From Gammaproteobacteria bacterium (GTDB lineage: Bacteria > Pseudomonadota > Gammaproteobacteria > Ga0077536), in contig JACPPA010000033.1 of NCBI GenBank assembly GCA_016191285.1, positions 137,736 to 201,735 of the forward strand: DNA of 64,000 bases, in the 5' to 3' direction. The translations under genes and the position numbers were made by a program. Below the pieces are notes generated by a model. That model was not told the origin of the DNA. It saw only the letters and a program-made list of their open reading frames with translations, and made no database searches. Below, piece by piece: positions 1-10,482 of the stretch; position 1 is the stretch's first letter, and every line of letters starts with the position of its first letter.

Positions 1-442
1 GCAGGAGCAAGGTTATCGAACACAGTACGTGGATTTCGGTGAAAAATTCGTTCAAGGGCGGATCATGAGTGCCCCACTCCGGTAGCGGCAGACCGAAAAA
101 ATTCGTGCTATAGCCGCTGAACGACGACGAGAGATAGCCGGTGATCGGTTGCAACACGAGCAGCAGGTAGAACGTCGCGTGCACCGCACGGGCCAGCGTC
201 GCCTGCCACGCCGGGAGCGTGGACGGAAGCGCGGGCGCGGCATGCCGCAAACGCCAGCCAAACCGCCACAAGGTCAGCATCAGTACGGTCAGACCAAGCG
301 ACTTGTGCAACGCAAACGCTGCACCACGAGCCGGCCCCTTCGGTAGCTCGACCATGGTCCATCCAATCGCGAACAAGCCCACCACCAGCGCAGCCGACAG
401 CCAGTGCAGCAGCATCGCGGTTTTCGTGTATTTAGAGCTCAT
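1..442 (-). CDS. Cytochrome b561 family di-heme membrane protein (CybB/YceJ-like); 3' end runs off the window
   Basis: Hand translation (not in ORF track): MSSKYTKTAMLLHWLSAALVVGLFAIGWTM...ALHKSLGLTVLMLTLWRFGWRL...AVHATFYLLL..QPITGY...EIH. LHW and HKSxG heme-ligand motifs and TM helices are present. Confidence 0.88.
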   Translation of the reverse strand, partial: MSSKYTKTAMLLHWLSAALVVGLFAIGWTMVELPKGPARGAAFALHKSLGLTVLMLTLWRFGWRLRHAAPALPSTLPAWQATLARAVHATFYLLLVLQPITGYLSSSFSGYSTNFFGLPLPEWGTHDPPLNEFFTEIHVLCSITLLL

Positions 443-699
443 CTCAAAAATACTCGGGGCAGCGTTGCGCGCCCAAAGTTCTGGGCGCAAGGCGCGTGGC
501 GCCGGGAATAGCGGGGACTATTTCCAAGCCACGCAACACCGTGCCCGGACTTTCGGCGCGCAACCCTCCGGGCTGGGTCCAGTTTCGCGCATTTCGGCGT
601 TGCTCGTCGTTGCCATAGAACCACTATGTCTCCTCCTCGCGCCTTGAACTGCACAAAACTGGATCCCAGCGCTGCCCCGAGTATTTTTGAGATGAGTTC
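435..699. mobile_element. MITE-like non-autonomous element, 265 bp, 30-bp terminal inverted repeats, TA target duplication
   Basis: 435-464 GAGCTCATCTCAAAAATACTCGGGGCAGCG vs 670-699 CGCTGCCCCGAGTATTTTTGAGATGAGTTC (one mismatch). TA at 433-434 and 700-701; internal imperfect hairpins; no transposase. Confidence 0.85.
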
Positions 700-898
700 T
701 AATTTCAGTCATCGGATAGCGCGATTCAACGAGTACGAGGCGTGAGCCGCGCACCATAGCATAGGCCTGTTAGCGTCGGTCATGCGCGAGGCGTCCTCAC
801 CAAGGTGAGGATTCGCGTCGAGATGTCTATACTGCCCGAGCCTGGGGAGGCGCACTCAATCGCGAAGGACCGCGCGAACAAGAGTCCGTATTGATTGC

Positions 899-1543
899 AT
901 GCGTAAGCGACTTTTTAGTTTTTGGCGCACCTGTCAGCAGCGATCGCCGCCGCCATGGTGCCTAACGCTTGGTTTCGCGGTTGCGCTTGGTCTGGCGCTT
1001 CCCATCGTGCACGCCGACTCGGCCGACGACGTGGGTATCGTGGCCAATACGACGGATTACAGTCTAGAAATCGACAAATCGGCACGGGTCCTGACACTGC
1101 GGCAAGGCACGCGAATCGCACGCACTTTCCCCGTCGCCCTCGGGCGCGGCGGCCACGGCGATAAGCGGATCCGTGGCGACAACAAAACCCCGATAGGCGT
1201 CTACTACATCACGGGTGTCAATGAGGGGAGTGGGTTTGACGTGTTCATGCGGCTCAGCTACCCGAATGTCAAGGATGGCTACTTCGGATTAAAAAAATCG
1301 CTGATCTCACGTCCTGAATTCGAGCATATTCTCGACGCGCAACGCCAAAGCGCACTGCCGCCGCAAAATACGGCGTTGGGCGGCTCCATTGGCATCCATG
1401 GACTGGGCGAGGAAACGATCACCAAGCTCGAAATTCAAAACAAATTTAATTGGACACAGGGATGTATCGCGTTGACCAATCGCAATGTGCGCGAACTACG
1501 TCGCTTCGTCGGCGTGGGCACCAAAGTCGTTATTCGCGAATGA
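899..1543 (+). CDS. L,D-transpeptidase family (YkuD domain) protein with N-terminal signal/anchor
   Basis: GDK..GDNKTP.G.Y, LSYPN, catalytic IGIHG...WTQGCIAL (His/Cys) motif. Confidence 0.85.
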   Translation: MRKRLFSFWRTCQQRSPPPWCLTLGFAVALGLALPIVHADSADDVGIVANTTDYSLEIDKSARVLTLRQGTRIARTFPVALGRGGHGDKRIRGDNKTPIGVYYITGVNEGSGFDVFMRLSYPNVKDGYFGLKKSLISRPEFEHILDAQRQSALPPQNTALGGSIGIHGLGEETITKLEIQNKFNWTQGCIALTNRNVRELRRFVGVGTKVVIRE

Positions 1544-2013
1544 TCCGCGGCGCACCGCGGATCGCGGTTATGTTGGCTCTGCTCGGAATGACCTGGTGCG
1601 TGGTGGCCAGCCAGCTCGCCGCGAACGGGCCGCGCATCGTGCGCGGTGAAACGTCGAAATCGTTCGCGGATGTTATTTTAGAACTCGATTTCGCGATCAC
1701 CGAACGTAATTTCAGGATCACCGGACGCAATACCATCGGCAAGGGATTGCGTGAACGCGGTTACAAGGATTTTCCGGATGTCGAAGTGATCCATTTTTGT
1801 AACTTGGAATACGCGCGCGAAGTCTTGTTACTCGACCCCGGATTTGTCGCCGAAATGCCGTGCCGCATCACCGTGCACGAAGCGCATGGCAAAACTGTCG
1901 TCAGCCTTGTATTGTTGCCGGAAGATCACGCCGACCGCCGGGTCAATGCGTTTGCCGCGCGGATGAATGGCGTGCTCCGTGAAATTCTCACGTTTGTATT
2001 GGAAAAAGAATAA
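1540..2013 (+). CDS. DUF302 domain exported protein
   Basis: ATGA overlap with upstream stop; signal peptide; FCN...A...L.......MPCRITV pattern typical of DUF302. Confidence 0.75.
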   Translation: MIRGAPRIAVMLALLGMTWCVVASQLAANGPRIVRGETSKSFADVILELDFAITERNFRITGRNTIGKGLRERGYKDFPDVEVIHFCNLEYAREVLLLDPGFVAEMPCRITVHEAHGKTVVSLVLLPEDHADRRVNAFAARMNGVLREILTFVLEKE

Positions 2014-2041
2014 CGTCATGACTCCTCATCCACGCCGCTAG

Positions 2042-2815
2042 TTGCGCGCCATGCTAAATCACACGCCATCCCCGCTCGCGCCACCGCCTCATTTATTGCT
2101 TTTGGCGTGGCTAAGTTTGACCAGCCTCGTCATTTTCGGCGGCGTGGTGTGTGTGGACCAAGGGCTCATTCAGCAGATGCTTGGCGCGGATCGCAGCCAG
2201 ATCTGCTTGGTGGTGATCGGGATGTATTTCATCGGGCTCGGTCATACCTTTATCCGCACCCGCTATCTGTCGCGCCAAATAGAAGACGCCCAAACCTTGA
2301 TCAATCAAATTGAACGCAGCGATTCCGGTGCCGTTCGCGTAACGCACGACACGCTCGAACTGGCGAGCGGGACGCGGCCGCGGCCCGGGTTCACCGTCAA
2401 CTATTTAATCGAGTTCTTCGCACAATCGCGCACCGCTAGCGCTACTAAAGTCGAGGCGAGCACCGATCTGCTTGATGCCTATGCCTCCAAAGTTCGCAGT
2501 GCCAATGAGTTCGGCTGGTACTACATCGACCTGATGTTGAAGGTCGGTTTTCTGGGCACGCTAGTGGGCTTCATTCTGATGTTGAGTTCGGTGGCCGACA
2601 CGGGCTCGTTGGATGCGACGACCATGCAGAAAGTGTTAAAGCAAATGAGTTTGGGGATGAGCACCGCGCTCTACACCACGCTGGCGAGCCTGGTCGGCGG
2701 CATTTTGCTGTCGCTTCCCTATTACTTACTCGACCGCGGATTGGAGCGACTGCTACAACTGACGATTTACGCCAAGGATGTTCTGATGCCGCGTCAGTTC
2801 GATAGCGCGAACTAG
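2042..2815 (+). CDS. MotA/TolQ/ExbB proton-channel family protein
   Basis: Four hydrophobic segments; GFLGTLVG and GMSTALYTTLASLVGG helices match the family's last two TMs; start may be ATG 2051. Confidence 0.85.
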   Translation: MRAMLNHTPSPLAPPPHLLLLAWLSLTSLVIFGGVVCVDQGLIQQMLGADRSQICLVVIGMYFIGLGHTFIRTRYLSRQIEDAQTLINQIERSDSGAVRVTHDTLELASGTRPRPGFTVNYLIEFFAQSRTASATKVEASTDLLDAYASKVRSANEFGWYYIDLMLKVGFLGTLVGFILMLSSVADTGSLDATTMQKVLKQMSLGMSTALYTTLASLVGGILLSLPYYLLDRGLERLLQLTIYAKDVLMPRQFDSAN

Positions 2816-2826
2816 CGGCCGCCCGC

Positions 2827-3450
2827 ATGCCTGCCCTCGCCCGTGCCGGGAGTCGTCATCGTCAACCGTTCGATCCAATCACGGCGGTGCTGTTTAAAAT
2901 TATTCAGGCGATAACCTTTTTGTTTGTACTGGCGGTATTGTTCATGAACCCAGTGTCCAAACAAGGCATCATCGATCCCAAAGCCGAATACATCATTACC
3001 GTGGCGTGGCCCGACAAAAATCCGAATGATATTGATACTTACGTTGAGGATCCGGCCGGTAATCTCATCGATTTCGCCTCGCCGGCCGCAGGTCTGATCC
3101 ATTTGGATCGCGACGATCGCGGCAATCTGAACGATACGTTGAATATCAACGGCAAAATTATCGAGAACCCGTTGAATCAAGAAATCACGACCATTCGCGG
3201 CGTGGTCCCCGGCGAGTATGTAATCAACATTCACTACTATGCGACCGAAGATAATAAAGCGGTTCCGGTCACGGTGCGGGTCGACAAGGTAAATCCCAAG
3301 CTCGAGGTCTTGTACTACGACACCCTGACCCTGGAACATAAGGACGACGAAAAAACCGCCATTCGATTCACGGTCTTAGGGAACGGCGCGGTCACCAACA
3401 TCAACCACATTCCGAAAAGCTTGGTGTCGAAAGCTTTCAAACGCAATTAA
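2827..3450 (+). CDS. Single-TM partner protein with periplasmic beta-rich (YfaP/DUF2135-like) domain
   Basis: N-terminal TM, then W....DIDTYVEDP.G, LDRDD, GEYVINIHYY; occupies the ExbD/MotB position after the MotA-type gene. Confidence 0.6.
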   Translation: MPALARAGSRHRQPFDPITAVLFKIIQAITFLFVLAVLFMNPVSKQGIIDPKAEYIITVAWPDKNPNDIDTYVEDPAGNLIDFASPAAGLIHLDRDDRGNLNDTLNINGKIIENPLNQEITTIRGVVPGEYVINIHYYATEDNKAVPVTVRVDKVNPKLEVLYYDTLTLEHKDDEKTAIRFTVLGNGAVTNINHIPKSLVSKAFKRN

Positions 3451-3462
3451 AAAGGACTCCAC

Positions 3463-3987
3463 GTGAACTTTGGACATGGCGCAATCGTTTCAGGCTTTGT
3501 GGTCGTTCTGCTGCTGATGCTTGGCTTGAGCCTGTACTCGACCTGGTCGTTGCGCAAAAAGATAGCCGGCATCCTGGTGGTGACATTGACCTATTTGCTC
3601 GTTTATTTTTCACTGCCGCGAATGCTGGGCTGGCCTACCGATCGCCAGGTTCCCCGGCGCTTTAATTTGGTGGCGGTTTATATTCAAGAGCCCAACAAGG
3701 CAACCGGCGGGGCGGGGGATGTGTTTTTCTGGGCGACTGATCTCGCGCCCGGCGCCGATCTCCGTCCCCGCGCCTATCACATGCCGTTCAAGGCTTCCTT
3801 CAAATCGGCATTCCAAGAAGCCCAAGGTAAACTCCGGCAGAATATTCCGCAGGAAGGAAAAATCGAATTGGATGATCAGGAACAGGGGGTGCCCCTCGAC
3901 TGGTCGCGGCTGGGGCAAAAAAGCGTAAAGCTTAAATTCAAAGATATTCCGGTCAATTTGCCGCCAAGCAAAGATGCGCCGGGCTAA
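3463..3987 (+). CDS. Hypothetical membrane protein (paralog 1)
   Basis: AAGGA SD plus GTG start; two N-terminal TMs; LGWPT..P.RFNL...I.EP.K motif shared with the next gene. Confidence 0.75.
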   Translation: MNFGHGAIVSGFVVVLLLMLGLSLYSTWSLRKKIAGILVVTLTYLLVYFSLPRMLGWPTDRQVPRRFNLVAVYIQEPNKATGGAGDVFFWATDLAPGADLRPRAYHMPFKASFKSAFQEAQGKLRQNIPQEGKIELDDQEQGVPLDWSRLGQKSVKLKFKDIPVNLPPSKDAPG

Positions 3988-4004
3988 GACCTAAAGGCCT
4001 TTCA

Positions 4005-4517
4005 ATGAATAACGCAAATCTCGCCGCTTTTGCCGCGGCGTATGTCGTGATTGCACTGTTGCTGCTGAATGTCCTGATCTTCACCCGCTGGATGTGGTGG
4101 GTAAAACTCGCTGCCGTCATTCTCGTCGCCGGCTTATGTACGATCACCTACCGCTCAATCCCCGACTTACTGGGATGGCCGACCGCGCGTGGCCTGCCGG
4201 CTCGTTTTAACTTAATGGGATTGCAGATTGTCGAGCCCGATAAAGGTGGCACGACCAAGGGCAATATTTTTTTATGGGTCACCGAAATGAATCTGGACGG
4301 CTCGCCGCGCGTGCCGCGCGCGTTTGTGTTGCCCTTTCATCCCGAGCTCCAGGTAAAGGTCGCCGCCGCCGGCACCAAACTCCGCAAAAATTTACCGCAA
4401 CTCGGAGAAATTTCGACCAAGCCGTTCGAGTCCGCGGCCACCGACACCGGTCACAACAGCAAGATGATCAATCTCGATTTTTTTGATCTACCGGATCCGT
4501 TGTTTCCGGAGCGCTAA
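4005..4517 (+). CDS. Hypothetical membrane protein (paralog 2)
   Basis: Two N-terminal TMs; LGWPT..P.RFNL...I.EP.K...G..F.W...PRA...PF motifs shared with the previous gene. Confidence 0.75.
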   Translation: MNNANLAAFAAAYVVIALLLLNVLIFTRWMWWVKLAAVILVAGLCTITYRSIPDLLGWPTARGLPARFNLMGLQIVEPDKGGTTKGNIFLWVTEMNLDGSPRVPRAFVLPFHPELQVKVAAAGTKLRKNLPQLGEISTKPFESAATDTGHNSKMINLDFFDLPDPLFPER

Positions 4518-4526
4518 ATCGGGGTG

Positions 4527-4588
4527 GTGGGAGCCGCTTTAACGCCGAATCTTGGGTGAGATCCATTCGCGGCTAAAGCCGCTCCCAC
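4527..4588. repeat. REP doublet (GTGG/GTAG-type REPIN-like), copy 1
   Basis: GTGGGAGCCGCTTTAACGCCGAAT...ATTCGCGGCTAAAGCCGCTCCCAC; the same family recurs at 49767 and 58422. Confidence 0.85.
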
Positions 4589-4670
4589 AACAGCCGCTCC
4601 CATGAAACCGAAGCTCGGTTAACGGAAGTTTAGTGCGGGACACCACACCAGATTCCCACGCTGGCATTTT

Positions 4671-6026
4671 TTATTTGGCAACTGTGGGCTCCCAATGAAG
4701 TCCCCAACCGGTTTCGCCCGCCTGTGCCGCATACGGCGCGCATACGAATAGATCCGCCACGGCCGCAAGTTGCTCGTCGATATAGATTAAGGGTAGGACG
4801 TGGCGTTCCCAGGGTGGGATCCCGCGCTCCTGCAGTGCATGTTTCAGCGGTTGCCCGTGCGCGCGGCCGGCGGGCTGACAGCGTTCGCCGCCCAACCGCG
4901 TTCGAATCGTCACTTCAGCACCAACTGTCAGTAGCACATTACTTTCAGTCGCCAGCATTGGCGTCGCACTCAAGACACCCCAGGGCAGCGCTAACGGTTT
5001 TTTGAAATCCCAACGCGCGTTAAAGCTCACTGGCGATTTCGATAACGGCCAGCCCAGATAGAGCATCTCACGATAACGCCGGAGCACGGCGCCTTTCCAC
5101 GCAACCGCAGCCACACGATCGCCGCGAGCGCCGATAACAGTCGTGACGATTTGCACCAGGTGCGCCGCATCGGGCAGCGGGAATCCGGCGCGCTCGATCC
5201 AGCGCCGCAGCACAATTTTTCCAAGATTTGGATCTAGCGCAGTAATGGTTCGGAGCGCGATCCGGGTCGGCTGCGGCAACGCGGCCTGCGCCAAGAGCTG
5301 ATCGGCCACGATATCGAGTGTCACCGCATTCGCGCGTTGGAGTTCGGCATTGCGATTGAAGATACTGACGACGGCCGGCCAGCGTTCGCGCAACAGGGGC
5401 AATACGCGGTGCCGAAGAAAATTGCGATCATGATCGAGCAACGCATTACTCGGATCCTCGATCCAGCGGAGATCCTCGCGCTCGACATGGCGCGCGATCT
5501 CATCACCGCTGAAGGCTAGCAGCGGCCGCCCTAGCCACCCTGGACCTAAGCGCCGCACCGGAGCAATCCCGCGCAGCCCGGCCGGTCCGGCGCCGCGCGC
5601 CGCGTTGAGTAAAAACGTTTCGGCCTGATCGTCGGCATGATGGGCCGTGAGGAGCATCGTATGCTCGGTCAAGTGCGATGCGAAGGCATGATGGCGCTGT
5701 TCGCGTGCCCAGGCCTCAACGCTAGACCCGCGCGCGGGTCGGCCGCTAATCGGCACCACGAGCAACGGGATCTTCAATTCCGTGCACTGGGTTTGGCACC
5801 AACGTGCCCATTCGGGACTATGCGCGTGCAAACCATGATCGACATGGAGCGCAGTGAGCCTGAATTCGCCGCGATACGCAGCAAGCGCGTGTAAGAGAAC
5901 CGTCGAGTCGCGCCCACCGCTATAGGCCACGACGAGTTCGGTGCACGATCCGACATCCGCGATAAGGTCCAGGCATGCAGCGCGGATACGGCGCAGAAAC
6001 GCGCTGCTGGCCGCGCCGGTAGTCAT
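4671..6026 (-). CDS. tilS: tRNA(Ile)-lysidine synthetase
   Basis: AYSGGRDS PP-loop, HVDHGL, TAHHADDQAET, WIEDPSN; follows accA. Confidence 0.97.
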   Translation of the reverse strand: MTTGAASSAFLRRIRAACLDLIADVGSCTELVVAYSGGRDSTVLLHALAAYRGEFRLTALHVDHGLHAHSPEWARWCQTQCTELKIPLLVVPISGRPARGSSVEAWAREQRHHAFASHLTEHTMLLTAHHADDQAETFLLNAARGAGPAGLRGIAPVRRLGPGWLGRPLLAFSGDEIARHVEREDLRWIEDPSNALLDHDRNFLRHRVLPLLRERWPAVVSIFNRNAELQRANAVTLDIVADQLLAQAALPQPTRIALRTITALDPNLGKIVLRRWIERAGFPLPDAAHLVQIVTTVIGARGDRVAAVAWKGAVLRRYREMLYLGWPLSKSPVSFNARWDFKKPLALPWGVLSATPMLATESNVLLTVGAEVTIRTRLGGERCQPAGRAHGQPLKHALQERGIPPWERHVLPLIYIDEQLAAVADLFVCAPYAAQAGETGWGLHWEPTVAK

Positions 6027-7015
6027 TACTTTTCGATAAATTCGCCGAATTGATTGAGTCGCGCGTAGCGCTGATGGATCAGCGTGTCGGGATCGAGCTT
6101 TAAAAGCTTGTCCAGCGCATCTTGGATGCTGGCCTTAACTTTAAGCGCAATCTGCCCATAGTCGCGATGCGCGCCGCCGAGGGGCTCTTCGATCACACTG
6201 TCGATTAGCTTGAGTTGGAGCAATCGTTCGGACGTAATGCCCATCGCCTCCGCGGCCTCGGCCGCTCTATCCGCGCTTTTCCACAAAATCGATGCACAAC
6301 CCTCCGGTGAGATCACCGCATAGGTCGCGTACTGCAACATCACCACCCGATCCGCGACACCGATCGCCAGCGCGCCGCCGGATCCGCCCTCACCGATGAC
6401 GGTGGCGACAATGGGCACGCGCAAACTTGCCAAGGTCAGCAAGTTCCGGGCAATGGCCTCGCTTTGTCCACGCTCTTCGGCGTCGATTCCGGGATACGCC
6501 CCAGGCGTATCGATAAACGTCAGCAGCGGTAATCGAAAATGTTCCGCCAACTGCATTATCCGCAATGCCTTGCGATACCCTTCGGGCTTCGGCATGCCAA
6601 AATTGCGATGCAAATTATCCTTGGTGTTGCGCCCCTTCTGATGGCCGATGAAGGCTACACCGCGTCCATTTAAACGCGCCACGCCACTGACAATCGCCGG
6701 ATCATCGGCAAACAGTCGATCGCCATGCAGCTCTTCGATCTGATCGAAGATTCGCTCGACATAATCTAGCGTAAATGGACGCTGCGGATGACGCGCCAAC
6801 TTCGACACCTGCCACGGGGTGAGCGCCGAGAATATTTGGCTCGTGAGATCCCGCGAGCGCTCTTGCAATTTTTCGATCTCGACACCGATATTGAGTTCGG
6901 AATCGTTACCGACCTTGCGCAGCGCTTCTATTTTGGCTTCCAGCTCTGCAATCGGTTGCTCGAAATCGAGGAACTGATAGTTGATGGTCGAGACTTCGGG
7001 AGTGATTGCTGACAT
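6026..7015 (-). CDS. accA: Acetyl-CoA carboxylase carboxyltransferase subunit alpha
   Basis: [34 protein letters not shown]. Confidence 0.98.
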   Translation of the reverse strand: MSAITPEVSTINYQFLDFEQPIAELEAKIEALRKVGNDSELNIGVEIEKLQERSRDLTSQIFSALTPWQVSKLARHPQRPFTLDYVERIFDQIEELHGDRLFADDPAIVSGVARLNGRGVAFIGHQKGRNTKDNLHRNFGMPKPEGYRKALRIMQLAEHFRLPLLTFIDTPGAYPGIDAEERGQSEAIARNLLTLASLRVPIVATVIGEGGSGGALAIGVADRVVMLQYATYAVISPEGCASILWKSADRAAEAAEAMGITSERLLQLKLIDSVIEEPLGGAHRDYGQIALKVKASIQDALDKLLKLDPDTLIHQRYARLNQFGEFIEK

Positions 7016-7029
7016 GACTTCGCAGACCC

Positions 7030-10000
7030 TTAGTATTCCACGGTGACAGCATCATCACCGACATGCACACGTAATTGTTCGAGCAAGGCTTCATTGGCGT
7101 GCACCCGCCATTCGTCCGCCAGCCTAATGCGCGCCTGCGCGGATTCGGTCGCGTACTCGATACAAACCGGACAGGGTCCGCGGCCATAAGCCTTCAACGC
7201 CGTTTGCAGACTGCCGACGAGGCCATTCAAGCGTCCTTGCTCGACTCGAATCACCACGGCCCGCGCGAACCGTTGGCGTGCTTCGTCGATGCTCCAGATC
7301 TGCTGCGCATTCAGCGTTGGCTCGCCGCTGTAGTCATCGACCGCACATTCACCTTCGAGCACCACCAAGCGATCGACCGCCAGTTTATCGATCGCATTTT
7401 CGAGCGCTTCATTGTACACAGTCGCTTCAATTCGAGCGGTGTCGTCATCGATGGTTAAAATTGCCATCCGTCCACGCCGGCTCTTCATAAAGCGCAAGCC
7501 TAAAATGAATCCCGCCACCCGCTTCCGGCCGGTCTTTAAATCCACCAAGCGTACCGCGCCGAGCGCCTGCAGTTCCAGACGATAGCGATCGATGGGATGG
7601 CCACTCAAGTACAGACCGAGCGTCTCTTTTTCCCAGCCCAGAATTTGCGATTTTGACCACTCGTCGCACCTGACGGCGCGTTGCCACGCGGAGGTATCGG
7701 TCGCGCTCGAATCAGCGTCGTGGGCCAAACCAAACATATCGATTTGTCCGCGTTCGGCGGCCTTCGCTTGTTGCTCCGCCGCCTGCAGCGCCGGTTCGAG
7801 CGCCATCATCAAACCACGGCGCGGCGCACCGAAGGAATCAAGCGCGCCAGATTTGATCAAAGCCTCGAGCACCCGACGGCCGAGTTTTCGCGCATCGTTG
7901 CGCTGGCATAGATCAAATAGATCACGATAAGCGCCATGCGTCGCGCGCTCCTCGGCGACTGCCGCCACAGCCGCTTCGCCTACGCCCTTGATCGCGCCCA
8001 GGCCATAACGAATAGTGCGCGCATCAGCGACGGTAAACCGGTGCTCGCACGCGTTGATATCCGGATTTTGCACCGTAATTTGCAATTGCCGGCATTCGTC
8101 CATCAGACGGACGACCTTGTCGGTGGTATCCATATCCGCCGACAACACCGCCGCCATGAATTCGGCTGGATAGTGTGCTTTCAACCAAGCGGTTTGATAC
8201 GCCACCAAGGCATACGCGGCGGAATGCGATTTATTGAATCCGTAACCCGCGAATTTCTCCATCAAGTCGAAGATCAGCGCGGCGACGTCGTGTTCGATAC
8301 CGCGATCCGTCGCGCCGGTGATAAAAGTCTGGCGTTGTTGCGCCATTTCTTCGGCCTTCTTCTTACCCATCGCACGCCGCAATAAGTCGGCGGCGCCAAG
8401 CGTGTAGCCGGCAAGCACCTGGGCTATCTGCATCACTTGTTCTTGGTACAAGATAACGCCGTAGGTCGGTTTTAAAATGCCTTCGAGCGCTGGCGTCGGG
8501 TACTTCACGAGCGCTTTGCCGTGCTTGCGATCGATGAAGTCATCAACCATCCCGGATTGGAGCGGGCCGGGTCGAAACAGCGCCACCAGCGCGATTAAAT
8601 CTTCGAAACTGTCGGGCTGCAGCCGTTTGATCAACTCCTTCATGCCGCGCGATTCGAGTTGAAATACCGCGGTAGTCTGTGCCCGTTGCACGAGCTTATA
8701 GGTGAGCGGATCGATCAGCGGCAGCGTCGTGATATCGAGGGATATTTCACCGTTCGCCGCGCGCGCGCGATTAATTCCACGCACCGCGCTGTCGATGATG
8801 GTAAGCGTCCGCAACCCTAAGAAATCGAACTTCAGGAGTCCCACGGCTTCGACATCGCTCATGTCGAATTGGGTGACCGCGGTGTCGCTACCCTGTTCAC
8901 AGTATAGCGGCATGAATTCAGTCAGCGGCCGGGGCGCAATCACGATACCGCCGGCGTGCTTGCCCGCGTTGCGTGACAGGCCTTCGAGCGATAGCGCCAA
9001 ATCCATGATCGCGCGGACGTCGTCCTCGTCGGCGTAGCGCGCCTTGAGCTGCGGTTCCTCGATCATCGCGCGGTCGAGCGTCATATTCGGATCGAACGGC
9101 ACGAGCTTGGCTAGCTGATCGACGAAGCCATAGGGGAATCCCAACACCCGTCCGACATCGCGCAGCACCGCCTTCGCCGCCATCGTGCCGTAGGTGATGA
9201 TTTGCGCGACCTTGTCCCGGCCGTAGCGCTCGTTGACGTATTCGATCACTTCGTCGCGGCGATCCATGCAGAAATCGATGTCGAAGTCCGGCATCGACAC
9301 CCGTTCCGGATTAAGAAACCGTTCGAATAGCAGATCGTAGTCAAGCGGATCGAGTTCAGTAATGCCGAGCGCGAAAGCCGCCAGCGATCCGGCGCCGGAA
9401 CCACGGCCCGGTCCGACCGGAATCGCGGCGCGTTTAGCCCACTGAATGAAGTCCGCGACGATTAAGAAATAACCCGCGAAGCCCATTGAATTGATGACCG
9501 CGAGTTCGCTTTCCAAACGGGCCCAATAGACATCCGCGCCGCGCGTCTGTAACGCACCCGGGCGGGTGGCCAGTCGCTCGGTTAGGCCCGAGCGCGCGTC
9601 GTGTTCCAACAAGGCTTCTACCGTCGTGCCAATGGCCACCGGATAATTCGGTAAGTGGTAGGCGCCAAAGGTAAATTCTAGGTTGCAGCGCTGTGCAACA
9701 GCGACGGTATTCGCGAGCGCATCGGGGAGATCGGCAAACAGCACCGACATTTCTTGTGGGGTACGCAAATATTGCTCGGCGGTATAGAGCTTAGGCCGTC
9801 TGGGATCGGACAAGGTACGGCCGTCTTGAATACAGACTCGCGCCTCGTGCGCATCGAATTCGTCAGCCGCCAAAAAGCGCACGTCGTTAGTCGCTACCAA
9901 CGGTAAATCGAGCGCATCGGCAACCGCGACGAGCGCTGCAACCTGCTGCTCTTCACCGGCGCGTCCGGTGCGCGTGATCTCAAGATAGTAGCGACCCGGA

Positions 10001-10482
10001 AATAATTGAGCCCAGGCACGCGTGCGGGCAGTGAGCGCGGTCGCGTTTCCGGCGCTCGCTAGCTGCCCAAGTTCGCCGTAGAGGCCGCCAGAAAGCGCCA
10101 GCAGTCCTTGGGTAGTGGCGGCGGTCAACCAGTCGTAGTCGACATGCGGGCTGCCTTGGATCTGACCCTCGCGATAGCTCCGCGTCAGCAACACCGACAG
10201 ATTACGAAACCCGGCCTGGTCCTGGCACAGCAACAGCAGTCGCGAGCGCTCACCGGTGTCCGCGCGGCGAATCGATACGTCGGCACCGAGAATGGGTTTG
10301 ATGCCGGCGCGTTCGGCTTCTTGATAAAACTTGACCGCTGCGAATGCGTTACCCAGATCCGTGATCGCAACTGCCGGCATGCCGGCCTCGCGCACACGGG
10401 TAATCAACTCCGGAATTCGGATCAGCCCGTCGGCTAACGAATACTCGGAATGCACATGAAGATGGACGAACGAAACGCTCAT
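7030..10482 (-). CDS. dnaE: DNA polymerase III subunit alpha
   Basis: [15 protein letters not shown] domain, [30 protein letters not shown]; no intein seen. Confidence 0.99.
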   Translation of the reverse strand: MSVSFVHLHVHSEYSLADGLIRIPELITRVREAGMPAVAITDLGNAFAAVKFYQEAERAGIKPILGADVSIRRADTGERSRLLLLCQDQAGFRNLSVLLTRSYREGQIQGSPHVDYDWLTAATTQGLLALSGGLYGELGQLASAGNATALTARTRAWAQLFPGRYYLEITRTGRAGEEQQVAALVAVADALDLPLVATNDVRFLAADEFDAHEARVCIQDGRTLSDPRRPKLYTAEQYLRTPQEMSVLFADLPDALANTVAVAQRCNLEFTFGAYHLPNYPVAIGTTVEALLEHDARSGLTERLATRPGALQTRGADVYWARLESELAVINSMGFAGYFLIVADFIQWAKRAAIPVGPGRGSGAGSLAAFALGITELDPLDYDLLFERFLNPERVSMPDFDIDFCMDRRDEVIEYVNERYGRDKVAQIITYGTMAAKAVLRDVGRVLGFPYGFVDQLAKLVPFDPNMTLDRAMIEEPQLKARYADEDDVRAIMDLALSLEGLSRNAGKHAGGIVIAPRPLTEFMPLYCEQGSDTAVTQFDMSDVEAVGLLKFDFLGLRTLTIIDSAVRGINRARAANGEISLDITTLPLIDPLTYKLVQRAQTTAVFQLESRGMKELIKRLQPDSFEDLIALVALFRPGPLQSGMVDDFIDRKHGKALVKYPTPALEGILKPTYGVILYQEQVMQIAQVLAGYTLGAADLLRRAMGKKKAEEMAQQRQTFITGATDRGIEHDVAALIFDLMEKFAGYGFNKSHSAAYALVAYQTAWLKAHYPAEFMAAVLSADMDTTDKVVRLMDECRQLQITVQNPDINACEHRFTVADARTIRYGLGAIKGVGEAAVAAVAEERATHGAYRDLFDLCQRNDARKLGRRVLEALIKSGALDSFGAPRRGLMMALEPALQAAEQQAKAAERGQIDMFGLAHDADSSATDTSAWQRAVRCDEWSKSQILGWEKETLGLYLSGHPIDRYRLELQALGAVRLVDLKTGRKRVAGFILGLRFMKSRRGRMAILTIDDDTARIEATVYNEALENAIDKLAVDRLVVLEGECAVDDYSGEPTLNAQQIWSIDEARQRFARAVVIRVEQGRLNGLVGSLQTALKAYGRGPCPVCIEYATESAQARIRLADEWRVHANEALLEQLRVHVGDDAVTVEY

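Noticed and set aside
2042..3450. Zorya (ZorAB) anti-phage system or flagellar stator
   Set aside because: No long ZorA tail, no OmpA-like peptidoglycan-binding domain in the partner, and no zorC/D/E or flagellar genes.
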